Source of the DNA: Nitrospirota bacterium
Lineage (GTDB): Bacteria > Nitrospirota > UBA9217
Length of the DNA: 64,000 bases
Direction of reading: 5' to 3'
NCBI GenBank assembly: GCA_963740085.1
Contig: CAVUCU010000001.1
Location: forward strand, 1,088,001 to 1,152,000
Notes under the pieces: generated by a model
The model's input: only the letters and a program-made list of their open reading frames with translations
Databases searched by the model: none
What the model was told of the DNA's origin: nothing
Position numbers and translations under genes: made by a program
Shown: piece after piece, positions 31,764 through 39,582 of the stretch
How positions within the stretch are numbered: the stretch's first letter is position 1
Layout: each line of letters opens with the position of its first letter

Positions 31764-31772
31764 CCCCCTATC

Positions 31773-32864
31773 ATGAGTATAAAATCACCAAAAAGAAAAG
31801 ACATCTCAACGCTTATCCGACCCCAGGTGCGCAAGCTTGCTGCTTACCATGTCGACGAAACGCCTGTCCGCATCAAGCTGGACGCCATGGAAAACCCCTT
31901 CCCCCTGCCCGAAGCGATACGTCGCGAGATCGCCGCAGTCGTCAGGAATACGAAGATCAACCTCTATCCTGACCCGTCGGCCAAAAAGCTCAAGAAGGCC
32001 ATCGCTTCGATGTGGCGGATGAAGCCTGAGCAGATGATCCTCGGCAATGGTTCGGACGAACTGATCCAGGCGATCATCCTCGCCTTCGGCGGACCCGTGC
32101 TGGTCCCGGTGCCGACCTTTGCCATGTACGAGATCACCTCCCGTGCGCTTGCGCAGAACGTTGTCGCCGTGCCGCTCAATGATGACTTTGATCTCGACGC
32201 TGACGTGATGCTCAAGAAAGCGAAGGAAGGCAAGGCGAAGGTGATCTTCCTCGCCTGTCCGAACAACCCGACAGGGAACCGGTTCTCGGACATAGAGGTC
32301 AGGAAGGTCCTTGACCATGCCAATGCCGTGGTCGTGATCGACGAAGCCTATTTTAGTTTTTCAAATAAGACCTGGCTTCCGCTTCTGAAGAAGTATCCCA
32401 ACATGATCCTGCTCAGGACGCTTTCGAAGATCGGTTTTGCCGGTCTCCGAATCGGTGCGCTGACTGCCTCGCAGAACGTCATCGATGAACTGAATAAGAT
32501 CAGGCTTCCGTACAATATCAACAGCCTGTCCCAGGCGGTCGGGGTGACCGCGCTCAAGCATAAAGAGGTCATCAGACGACAGATTTCCCTGTTGATTTCA
32601 GAGCGGGAAAGATTATATAATGCCCTGTCAAGGCTTCCGGGCGTCACTGCCTATCCATCAGAGACCAATTTCATCATGATCAGGGCGGCCACGGATGCCT
32701 CGGGCATTCACAAAAAGCTCAAGCAGGCCGGCATCCTCATCAAGAATTTGAGCAAACCAGGCCCACTCAGGAACTGCCTGCGGGTGACCGTAGGGACGCC
32801 GGAAGAGAACAGGGAATTCCTGAAGAAGCTTAATGCTATTTTAGCCGCGGATAGACACGGATAA
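31773..32864 (+). CDS. hisC: Histidinol-phosphate aminotransferase
   Basis: KLDAMENP, GNGSDE, PNNPTG, DEAY, RTLSK.GFAGLRIG, LRVTVGT. Confidence 0.95.
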   Translation: MSIKSPKRKDISTLIRPQVRKLAAYHVDETPVRIKLDAMENPFPLPEAIRREIAAVVRNTKINLYPDPSAKKLKKAIASMWRMKPEQMILGNGSDELIQAIILAFGGPVLVPVPTFAMYEITSRALAQNVVAVPLNDDFDLDADVMLKKAKEGKAKVIFLACPNNPTGNRFSDIEVRKVLDHANAVVVIDEAYFSFSNKTWLPLLKKYPNMILLRTLSKIGFAGLRIGALTASQNVIDELNKIRLPYNINSLSQAVGVTALKHKEVIRRQISLLISERERLYNALSRLPGVTAYPSETNFIMIRAATDASGIHKKLKQAGILIKNLSKPGPLRNCLRVTVGTPEENREFLKKLNAILAADRHG

Positions 32865-32998
32865 AAGCGGAAGGTCCACCCGCGAATGAATGTTGATTTT
32901 CACGAACAAGGACTTGAGACTATGTCTAGAAAAGACTTTTCAGCCACCTTGTTCAGACTTTGATAATTGATCCGTGTTCATCCGTGCAGATCCGTGGC
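32844..32998. repeat. Inverted element with 10-nt-period arms; the left arm contains the hisC stop codon
   Basis: cgcggataga cacggataaa agcgga ... atccgtgttc atccgtgcag atccgtggc. Confidence 0.75.
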
Positions 32999-33017
32999 AA
33001 AGAATTAGGATTAAATC

Positions 33018-33608
33018 ATGTCAAGAAAAGCGACCATCGAACGCAAGACCAAAGAGACGGACATCAGGATGTCCCTCAACCTCGACGGCACAGGCGTGTA
33101 CAGCATCAAGACCTCGGTGCCGTTCATGGACCACATGTTCTCGCACATTGCCAGGCACGGTTTCTTCGACCTTTCGATCAAGGCAAGGGGCGATATTGAG
33201 ATCGACGACCACCACACGGTGGAGGACCTCGGCATCGCCTTCGGCCAGGCCCTCAAAAAGGCGCTCGGGGACAGCAAAGGCATTCGCCGGTATGGCGAGG
33301 CGACCGTACCCATGGACGAGACGCTCGCGCAGGTGTGTATGGACCTTTCCGGCAGGCCCTACCTCGTGTATCAGCTGGACCTGCCGAAGAAGTACAAGCT
33401 CAAGAACTTCGATCCGGGACTTGCCGAGGACTTCTTCCGCTCTGTTGCCAATCACGCAGGCATGAACCTCCATATCCGCATTTTATACGGCCGCGATGTC
33501 CATCACATGCTCGAAGGAGTCTTTAAGGCCTTCGGCCGCGCCCTGGACCAGGCCACGAGCCTCGATCCGAGGATCAAGGGCGTGCTCTCGACAAAAGGGA
33601 AAATTTAA
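33018..33608 (+). CDS. hisB: Imidazoleglycerol-phosphate dehydratase
   Basis: [29 protein letters not shown]. Confidence 0.97.
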   Translation: MSRKATIERKTKETDIRMSLNLDGTGVYSIKTSVPFMDHMFSHIARHGFFDLSIKARGDIEIDDHHTVEDLGIAFGQALKKALGDSKGIRRYGEATVPMDETLAQVCMDLSGRPYLVYQLDLPKKYKLKNFDPGLAEDFFRSVANHAGMNLHIRILYGRDVHHMLEGVFKAFGRALDQATSLDPRIKGVLSTKGKI

Positions 33609-33623
33609 CAGCCAGTTCTTTCA

Positions 33624-33708
33624 GGAGAAATGGGGAATAGGAATGGAGAACTGGAGAGAAGATATATCCGTCGCTTCTCCCTTTCGCCCCTCCCTCCCCC
33701 TTTCCCCT
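33624..33708. repeat. Inverted element with ~8-nt-period arms
   Basis: ggagaaat ggggaata ... ggagaact ggaga opposite ttctccct ttcgcccc tccctccc cctttcccct. Confidence 0.55.
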
Positions 33709-33727
33709 GTGAAGGTTTAAATCTATC

Positions 33728-34366
33728 ATGATAGCAATTATTGATTATGGAATGGGAAATCTCAGGAGCGTCCAGAAGGGCTTTGAACACACGGGCCATG
33801 AGGCCGTGGTCACGAGCGACGCGAAGACGATCCTGAACGCGGACAAGGTCGTGCTGCCCGGCGTGGGCGCGTTCCCTGATTGCATGCGGAACCTGGAGCA
33901 GTACGGCCTTATCGATGCGGTGAAGAAGAGCATCGGCACGGGCAAGCCCTTTCTCGGGATCTGTCTGGGCCTCCAGCTTCTCTTCACGGAAAGCGAAGAG
34001 TTCGGAATATCCAATGGTCTGGACATCATCAAAGGCCGTGTCGTTCGTTTCAAAGGACCTGTATTCGAAACTCCGAACTCCGATCTCGGCACGTTGAAGG
34101 TCCCTCACATGGGCTGGAATTCGCTTTCCTTCAAAAGGAGCCCGCCTGCGTTCGCAGACGTGCCGGAGAACAGCCATGTCTACTTTGTGCATTCGTTCCA
34201 TGTCGTACCGGAGGACAAGGGCGTCATCGCGACCACCACGCCGTATGGCATCGAGTTCGTCTCGAGCATCTGGAAGGACAATATTCTCGCGGTCCAGTTC
34301 CACCCCGAAAAAAGCCAGCAGGTGGGGTTGTCGATCCTGAAACGCTTCGGGGAACAGAAAGGCTAA
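33728..34366 (+). CDS. hisH: Imidazole glycerol phosphate synthase, glutaminase subunit
   Basis: DYGMGNL, LPGVG, GICLGLQ, PHMGWN, YFVHS, QFHPEKS. Confidence 0.97.
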   Translation: MIAIIDYGMGNLRSVQKGFEHTGHEAVVTSDAKTILNADKVVLPGVGAFPDCMRNLEQYGLIDAVKKSIGTGKPFLGICLGLQLLFTESEEFGISNGLDIIKGRVVRFKGPVFETPNSDLGTLKVPHMGWNSLSFKRSPPAFADVPENSHVYFVHSFHVVPEDKGVIATTTPYGIEFVSSIWKDNILAVQFHPEKSQQVGLSILKRFGEQKG

Positions 34367-34610
34367 TTTCACCGCAGAGGTCGCAGAGAACGCGGAGAAA
34401 CCTAATAATTTTATAATTAATCAGAACCTAAAACCATATGCTCACACGAAGGCACAAAGTACACGAAGGAAAACTATGCATCTTGCTTTTGGTTCAAACC
34501 CGGGAATTAAAGCCTTTCTTCGTGCCTTTGTGGCTTCGTGTGACAATGACTTGAGTAGTTACATTATTCTGTATGTTTTTTTCTCAGCGTCTCAGCGCCT
34601 CCGCGGTAAA
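34367..34610. repeat. Two nested 9-nt-period inverted elements
   Basis: Outer arms accgcagaggtcgcagagaacgcggaga / tctcagcgtctcagcgcctccgcggt. Inner arms (34442..34543) tcacacgaaggcacaaagtacacgaagg / cttcgtgcctttgtggcttcgtgtga. Confidence 0.8.
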
Positions 34611-34627
34611 TTTTTTTTGAGGTATTT

Positions 34628-35350
34628 ATGCTTATAATTCCGGCCATCGATCTTAAAGAAGGCAAGTGCGTCCGCCTTGAACAGGGGCTCATGGACAAGG
34701 CCACGGTCTATTCCGACGATCCCGCGACCACGGCAAGGCACTGGGAGTCTCAAGGAGCGGAGTTCCTCCATGTCGTTGACCTGGACGGCGCTTTTGCCGG
34801 CGTGCCGAAAAACCTCGATGCCATCAAGGCGATCCGTGCTGCCATCAAGATCCCGATCGAGGTCGGCGGCGGCATCAGGGACATGGCCACGATCAGGGCC
34901 CTCGTCTCGATCGGCATAGACCGTATCATCCTCGGCACTGCTGCGATCGAAAATCCGGCCTTTGTGCAGGAAGCCTGCAAAGAGTTTCCCGGCAGGATCA
35001 TCGTGGGCATTGATGCAAAAGAAGGCCTCGTGGCGATCAAGGGATGGGCGGAGGTCACGAAGGTGAAGGCAACCGACCTCGCGCAACAAATGCAGGAGCA
35101 TGGCGTCATCGCCGTCATCTACACCGACATCAAGCGCGACGGCATGCTGTCGGGCCCGAATATCGAGGCCACGCAGGCGCTCGCGCGGGCGCTGCATATC
35201 CCGGTCATTGCCTCGGGCGGCGTCCATACGATGAAGGATATTGAGAACCTTCTTACGATACGGTACGCCGGCGTCAGCGGCGTCATCACCGGGAAAGCTA
35301 TCTATAGCGGCTCTCTCAATTTAAAAGAAGCCATCACGTTTATCAAATGA
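34628..35350 (+). CDS. hisA: ProFAR isomerase
   Basis: [42 protein letters not shown]. Confidence 0.97.
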   Translation: MLIIPAIDLKEGKCVRLEQGLMDKATVYSDDPATTARHWESQGAEFLHVVDLDGAFAGVPKNLDAIKAIRAAIKIPIEVGGGIRDMATIRALVSIGIDRIILGTAAIENPAFVQEACKEFPGRIIVGIDAKEGLVAIKGWAEVTKVKATDLAQQMQEHGVIAVIYTDIKRDGMLSGPNIEATQALARALHIPVIASGGVHTMKDIENLLTIRYAGVSGVITGKAIYSGSLNLKEAITFIK

Positions 35351-35381
35351 ACGATAACCAGTGCTCAAGGTAAAATCAGGT

Positions 35382-35499
35382 TTCTCGCAGGGACGCAGAG
35401 CCCGAAGAGAACTACAGTACCAAGATCTAAAAGAATTTTCTGGCATAAGAACTTCAGGGGATTTTAAAGCTCTCTGCGACCTCTGCGCCTCCGCGAGAG
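35382..35499. repeat. Inverted element with 9-nt-period arms
   Basis: tctcgcagggacgcagagcccgaagaga ... tctctgcgacctctgcgcctccgcgaga. Confidence 0.75.
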
Positions 35500-35542
35500 A
35501 ATGCCTCTTGATTTTTAATTTTGGAGATTTTATTTATTCGTT

Positions 35543-36403
35543 ATGCTGACTAAAAGGATCATACCCTGCCTGGACGTGAAGGCGGGACGGGTTGTCAAAG
35601 GCGTCAGCTTCGTGAACCTGCGCGACGCCGGGGACCCGGTCGAGATCGCAAAGGTGTACGACGAGCAGGGAGCTGACGAACTGACGTTCCTGGACATCAC
35701 CGCGTCGCACGAGGAGCGCGGCATCATCCTCGACATCGTGCGACGCACGGCGGAGCAGGTCTTCATGCCGCTTACCGTGGGCGGAGGCATCAGGGTCATC
35801 GACGACATCCGCAACCTCCTGCTCGCCGGGTGCGACAAGGTCTCGATCAACACCACCGCGGTCCACGACCCGGAGTTCATCAAGGCCGCTTCCATGCGCT
35901 TCGGCAGCCAGTGCATCGTGGTCGCCATCGACGCGAAACAGGTTGTTGCCCATGACAAGGACTTCAAGCCGCCGCTCACCTGGGCCGACGACCCAAAATA
36001 TAAATCGCTGTTCCTGTCTCGACTCCGCGCTCCTCACCCCTGAGCTCACGAACCCCGCTGGGAGGTCTACACCCATGGCGGCAGAAATCCCATGGGTATC
36101 GACGCGGTTGCATGGGCAAAGAAAATGGAAGAGTACGGCGCGGGGGAGATCCTGCTCACGAGCATGGACCAGGATGGACGGAAGAACGGTTATGATCTGG
36201 CGCTCACGCGCTCTGTTGCCGAAGCGGTCTCGATACCGGTCATTGCCTCCGGCGGCGTGGGGAATCTCGAACACATCTATGACGGTTTTACAAAAGGCAA
36301 AGCCGATGCCGCTCTCGCGGCATCGATCTTTCATTTCAGAGAATATACCATCAGGCAGGCGAAGGAATATTTGAAGGAGCGGGGTGTACCGGTGAGGTTG
36401 TAA
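35543..36403 (+). CDS. hisF: Imidazole glycerol phosphate synthase cyclase subunit, with an in-frame TGA at 36041..36043 inside an inserted loop
   Basis: [22 protein letters not shown], then ...[18 protein letters not shown]..., [20 protein letters not shown]. ORFs 35543 and 36092 are in the same frame. Confidence 0.9.
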
Positions 36404-36432
36404 CATCGCTGCCAAAAATGATCGCCCGTAAT

Positions 36433-36470
36433 AAAAAAGCGGCCGGGGATTGAGTACCCTGACCGCTTTT
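36433..36470. terminator. Bidirectional terminator between convergent genes
   Basis: aaaaaagcgg.cggg ... ccctgaccgctttt. Confidence 0.65.
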
Positions 36471-36489
36471 GCTTTTCCCAACGCGTTTC

Positions 36490-36744
36490 CTACTTCCCCT
36501 TCACTTCGATCTCCGCGGCACGTGATTCATACTTCACGGTGACCTTCGCGCCGACCTTCAGGTCGCCCTTGACCTTGGTGCTGGAGTCCTTGGCCATTTC
36601 GAATTTCTCGCCGTTCTTGTCCACCACGATGACGTTGTCCTTGACCTCCAGGACCTTGCCGGTGAACTGATACGTCTTTCCTGCAAAGGCTGCCGTTGCC
36701 ATAACCATCACTGCCACTACGACAAATATCATGATGCGCTTCAT
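36490..36744 (-). CDS. Small exported OB-fold-like protein
   Basis: Signal peptide ending TAAFA; beta-rich GKVLEV...TKVKGDLKVGAKVTVKY. Confidence 0.7.
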   Translation of the reverse strand: MKRIMIFVVVAVMVMATAAFAGKTYQFTGKVLEVKDNVIVVDKNGEKFEMAKDSSTKVKGDLKVGAKVTVKYESRAAEIEVKGK

Positions 36745-36785
36745 AAGAAACCCCCTTTAAGATGAGATGATAAACGAAACTCCCC

Positions 36786-36869
36786 GGATCCTTCGCTATG
36801 CTCAGAGTCTACCCTGAATATCCCGAATGAGATATGATGAATCAGGTCCTTCGCTTCGCTCAGGATGAC
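36786..36869. repeat. Two REP-like repeats of the same family as 11298..11414
   Basis: ggatccttcgctatgctcagagt and ggtccttcgcttcgctcaggatgac. Confidence 0.65.
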
Positions 36870-36879
36870 GGCTTTGCCG

Positions 36880-37533
36880 TCACTTTTTCGCCGCGATCCC
36901 CTTCTGGATCGCCTTCACCACGCCGTCGCTGCTTGTCTCGCTGATCTTGAGGAGTATGCCTTTCTTCAAGTAATAGCCAATGAGCGGTGCGGTCTTCTCA
37001 TTATACACGTCAAGCCGTTTGCTGATCGCCTCCACGGTCTCGTCGGCACGCTGTATCGTGGGACTGCCGCACTTTTTGCACTTATCGCCGGGGGCCGGGG
37101 GATTGCTCTTGATGTTGTAGATCTCCTGGCAGGACGGATTGGAACAGGTCCTGCGCGTGGTCAATCGGTCGAGGATCACGTCGCGCGGGACCTCGATGCT
37201 CGCCACGAGGTCAAGCTTGATGTTGAGCTTCGTCAGGATCGCATCGAGCGCGTCGGCCTGCGGGATGGTCCGCGGGAAGCCGTCGAGGAGAAAACCTTTC
37301 TGGCAGTCCTTCTCTTTAAGCCGCTGCTCCATGATGCCCATGATCAATGAATCAGGAACCAGGTCGCCCCGGTCCATGTAGCCCTGCGCTTCTTTGCCGA
37401 GCGCCGTGCCGGCCTTTACCGCGCCGCGCAGAATATCGCCTGTCGAGATCTGGACCGAGCCGTCCAGTGCTGTCAACAGCTTTGCCACCGTGCCCTTGCC
37501 CGCGCCCGGTGCGCCTAAAAGAATGATCCTCAT
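36880..37533 (-). CDS. adk: Adenylate kinase with a four-Cys zinc lid
   Basis: GAPGAGKGT, ISTGDILR, LDGFPRT, CSNPSC..CKKC. Confidence 0.96.
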   Translation of the reverse strand: MRIILLGAPGAGKGTVAKLLTALDGSVQISTGDILRGAVKAGTALGKEAQGYMDRGDLVPDSLIMGIMEQRLKEKDCQKGFLLDGFPRTIPQADALDAILTKLNIKLDLVASIEVPRDVILDRLTTRRTCSNPSCQEIYNIKSNPPAPGDKCKKCGSPTIQRADETVEAISKRLDVYNEKTAPLIGYYLKKGILLKISETSSDGVVKAIQKGIAAKK

Positions 37534-37644
37534 TGTTGCTTACCTCCCTGGAGTAAAGTGAATTAGTGCTTCAAGGCGGCCATTATCGTATTATCCGGTA
37601 AAAAAATCAAGAAAAATGGTAACTGCTCAGATCAAAACCGTTTG

Positions 37645-37735
37645 GCCGCAAAGAACGCAAGGAACTCAAAGAAAAAACATGCACCTTGAATTATCAGTAT
37701 TAAATTCTCTCTGCGTTCCTTGCGTTCTTTGCGGT
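37645..37735. repeat. Inverted element with 9-nt-period arms
   Basis: cgcaaagaa cgcaaggaa ctcaaagaa ... tctctgcg ttccttgcg ttctttgcg. Confidence 0.75.
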
Positions 37736-37754
37736 AAAAAGCAGTCAATCGGAA

Positions 37755-39260
37755 TCACACCATCACCACTTCGTACTGCTCCTGATGCAGATTGGGGTCG
37801 GCCTTGATCACGATCTTCTTCTGAAATTCCTTTTCCAGCTCCTCCACGCCCTGCCGCTCCTCATCGTACATCATATCGGCAACCACGGAGTTCACGGTCA
37901 CGAGGGCCTTCCTTTCCTCGGCTCCGGTAAAGGCCCTGCGGAGCTCGCGGAAGACCTCATAGCAGATGGTGCGGCTCGACTTGACGTATCCGCGTCCTTC
38001 GCAGTAGGGGCACGTGTCGCACAGTGTTCGTCCCAGGCTCTCGCGAATGCGCTTGCGCGTCATCTCGATCAGCCCGATGGGCGAGATGTGCGAGATGGTG
38101 GTCTTGGCCTTGTCGTTCGCGAGCGCCTCCTGCAGCGCCGCGTACACCTTTCGCCGGTTGTCCTCGCGTTCCATATCGATGAAATCGAGGATGAGGATGC
38201 CGCCGATGTTCCGGAGACGCAGCTGGTAGGCGATCTCGCGCACCGCCTCGAGGTTGGTCTTGAGGATCGTGTCTTCGAGCGAACGCTTGCCCACGTACCT
38301 GCCGGTGTTCACGTCGATCGTGGTGAGCGCCTCGGTCTGGTCGAGGATGATGTACCCGCCTGACTTGAGCCAGACCTTCCTGCCGAGGGCCCGCGAGATC
38401 TCGATCTCCACGCCGTAGTGTTCGAAGATGGGGTCGTCGCCTTCGTAGGGCTTCACGCGCCTGCCGAGCTGGGGGATGTAGGAGTCCACGAACTCTTTCA
38501 CCCGGTCGTATTCCTCGGGGGCATCGATGACCAGCCTGTCGACGTCACGGGTGAAAACGTCGCGGATCACCCGGAAGACGAGGTCGAGCTCGTTGTGCAT
38601 CAGCGCCGGGGCCGAGGTCTTCTCTTTTTTCCGCTGGATGGTCTCCCACAGCCGCGAGAGGAACTCGACGTCGGCATTGAAATCGTCCTCGCTCCTGCCC
38701 TGGCTGGCGGTCCGGATGATGTAGCCGGTGTTCGGCTTCCGGAGCCTGCTCACGATCTCCCGGAGCCGGCGCCGCTCCTCGCCGTCCTCGATCCGGCGCG
38801 AGACGCCGATGTGGTTGACGCCCGGCATCATGACCAGGTAGCGGCCGGGGATGCTGATGTAGGTCGTCACGCGCGCGCCCTTGGTGCTGATCGGCTCCTT
38901 GGATACCTGGACCAGGATGTCCTGGCCTTCCTGCAGGAGGTCCTCGATCTGCGTTGCGTGAGAGCGCTTCCGCTTCGGCTCAACCTCGAGTTCCAGGCCC
39001 TCGTCCTCCATCATGGGTGTGTATTCCGACGTGCTGTCGAACACGTCGCCTACATACAGAAAGGCGGCCTTCTCCAGTCCTATGTCCACGAACGACGCCT
39101 GCATGCCGGGAAGGACCTTCATCACGCGCCCTTTGTACACATTGCCTGCCATTCCGCGTTCCTTCTTGCGGTCGATGAATATTTCCGTGACCAGGCCGTT
39201 CTCCAGAAGCGCCACGCGCGTCTCTTCCCGGCCCGCATTTACGATGATCTCAGATGACAT
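37755..39260 (-). CDS. rng: Ribonuclease G (Rne/Rng family)
   Basis: GNVYKGRV..VLPGMQASFVDIG, KGARVT, IDVNTG, GGILILDFIDM, CPYCEG; 501 aa. Confidence 0.92.
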   Translation of the reverse strand: MSSEIIVNAGREETRVALLENGLVTEIFIDRKKERGMAGNVYKGRVMKVLPGMQASFVDIGLEKAAFLYVGDVFDSTSEYTPMMEDEGLELEVEPKRKRSHATQIEDLLQEGQDILVQVSKEPISTKGARVTTYISIPGRYLVMMPGVNHIGVSRRIEDGEERRRLREIVSRLRKPNTGYIIRTASQGRSEDDFNADVEFLSRLWETIQRKKEKTSAPALMHNELDLVFRVIRDVFTRDVDRLVIDAPEEYDRVKEFVDSYIPQLGRRVKPYEGDDPIFEHYGVEIEISRALGRKVWLKSGGYIILDQTEALTTIDVNTGRYVGKRSLEDTILKTNLEAVREIAYQLRLRNIGGILILDFIDMEREDNRRKVYAALQEALANDKAKTTISHISPIGLIEMTRKRIRESLGRTLCDTCPYCEGRGYVKSSRTICYEVFRELRRAFTGAEERKALVTVNSVVADMMYDEERQGVEELEKEFQKKIVIKADPNLHQEQYEVVMV

Positions 39261-39427
39261 TGTTTCTCCTTGATTGATGGTTTCTTAAACCTATTTTATT
39301 ATACTCTGGAGTTGAACACAAGAAGGAAAATCGAGTGCAGAGAAACAACCTTTGCCGCGGATCAATGCGGAAATGAAAAGGCTCCTTTAGTTACCAAGGG
39401 AGCAATTCTTCTCAAGACAAATAATTT

Positions 39428-39532
39428 TCTCGCAGAGGCGCAGAGTTCGCAGAGAAAAGCTCAAATATTCCGGCTAAAATCAATACGTAAATCGTATGAT
39501 TTAACTCTGCGTCCTCTGCGTGCTCTGCGAGA
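39428..39532. repeat. Inverted element with 9-nt-period arms
   Basis: tctcgcagaggcgcagagttcgcagaga ... ctctgcgtcctctgcgtgctctgcgaga. Confidence 0.75.
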
Positions 39533-39582
39533 GACGCCTTTTTGGTTCCGGCTTATCCGGGTTAAGATGACCTAACCGGTCC

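Noticed and set aside
35543-36403. Natural split of HisF into two half-barrel genes
   Set aside because: The break falls after strand 5, not at the half-barrel boundary. The second ORF would lose WEVYTHGG, and the only good RBS (GGAGG at 36061) points to an out-of-frame ATG.
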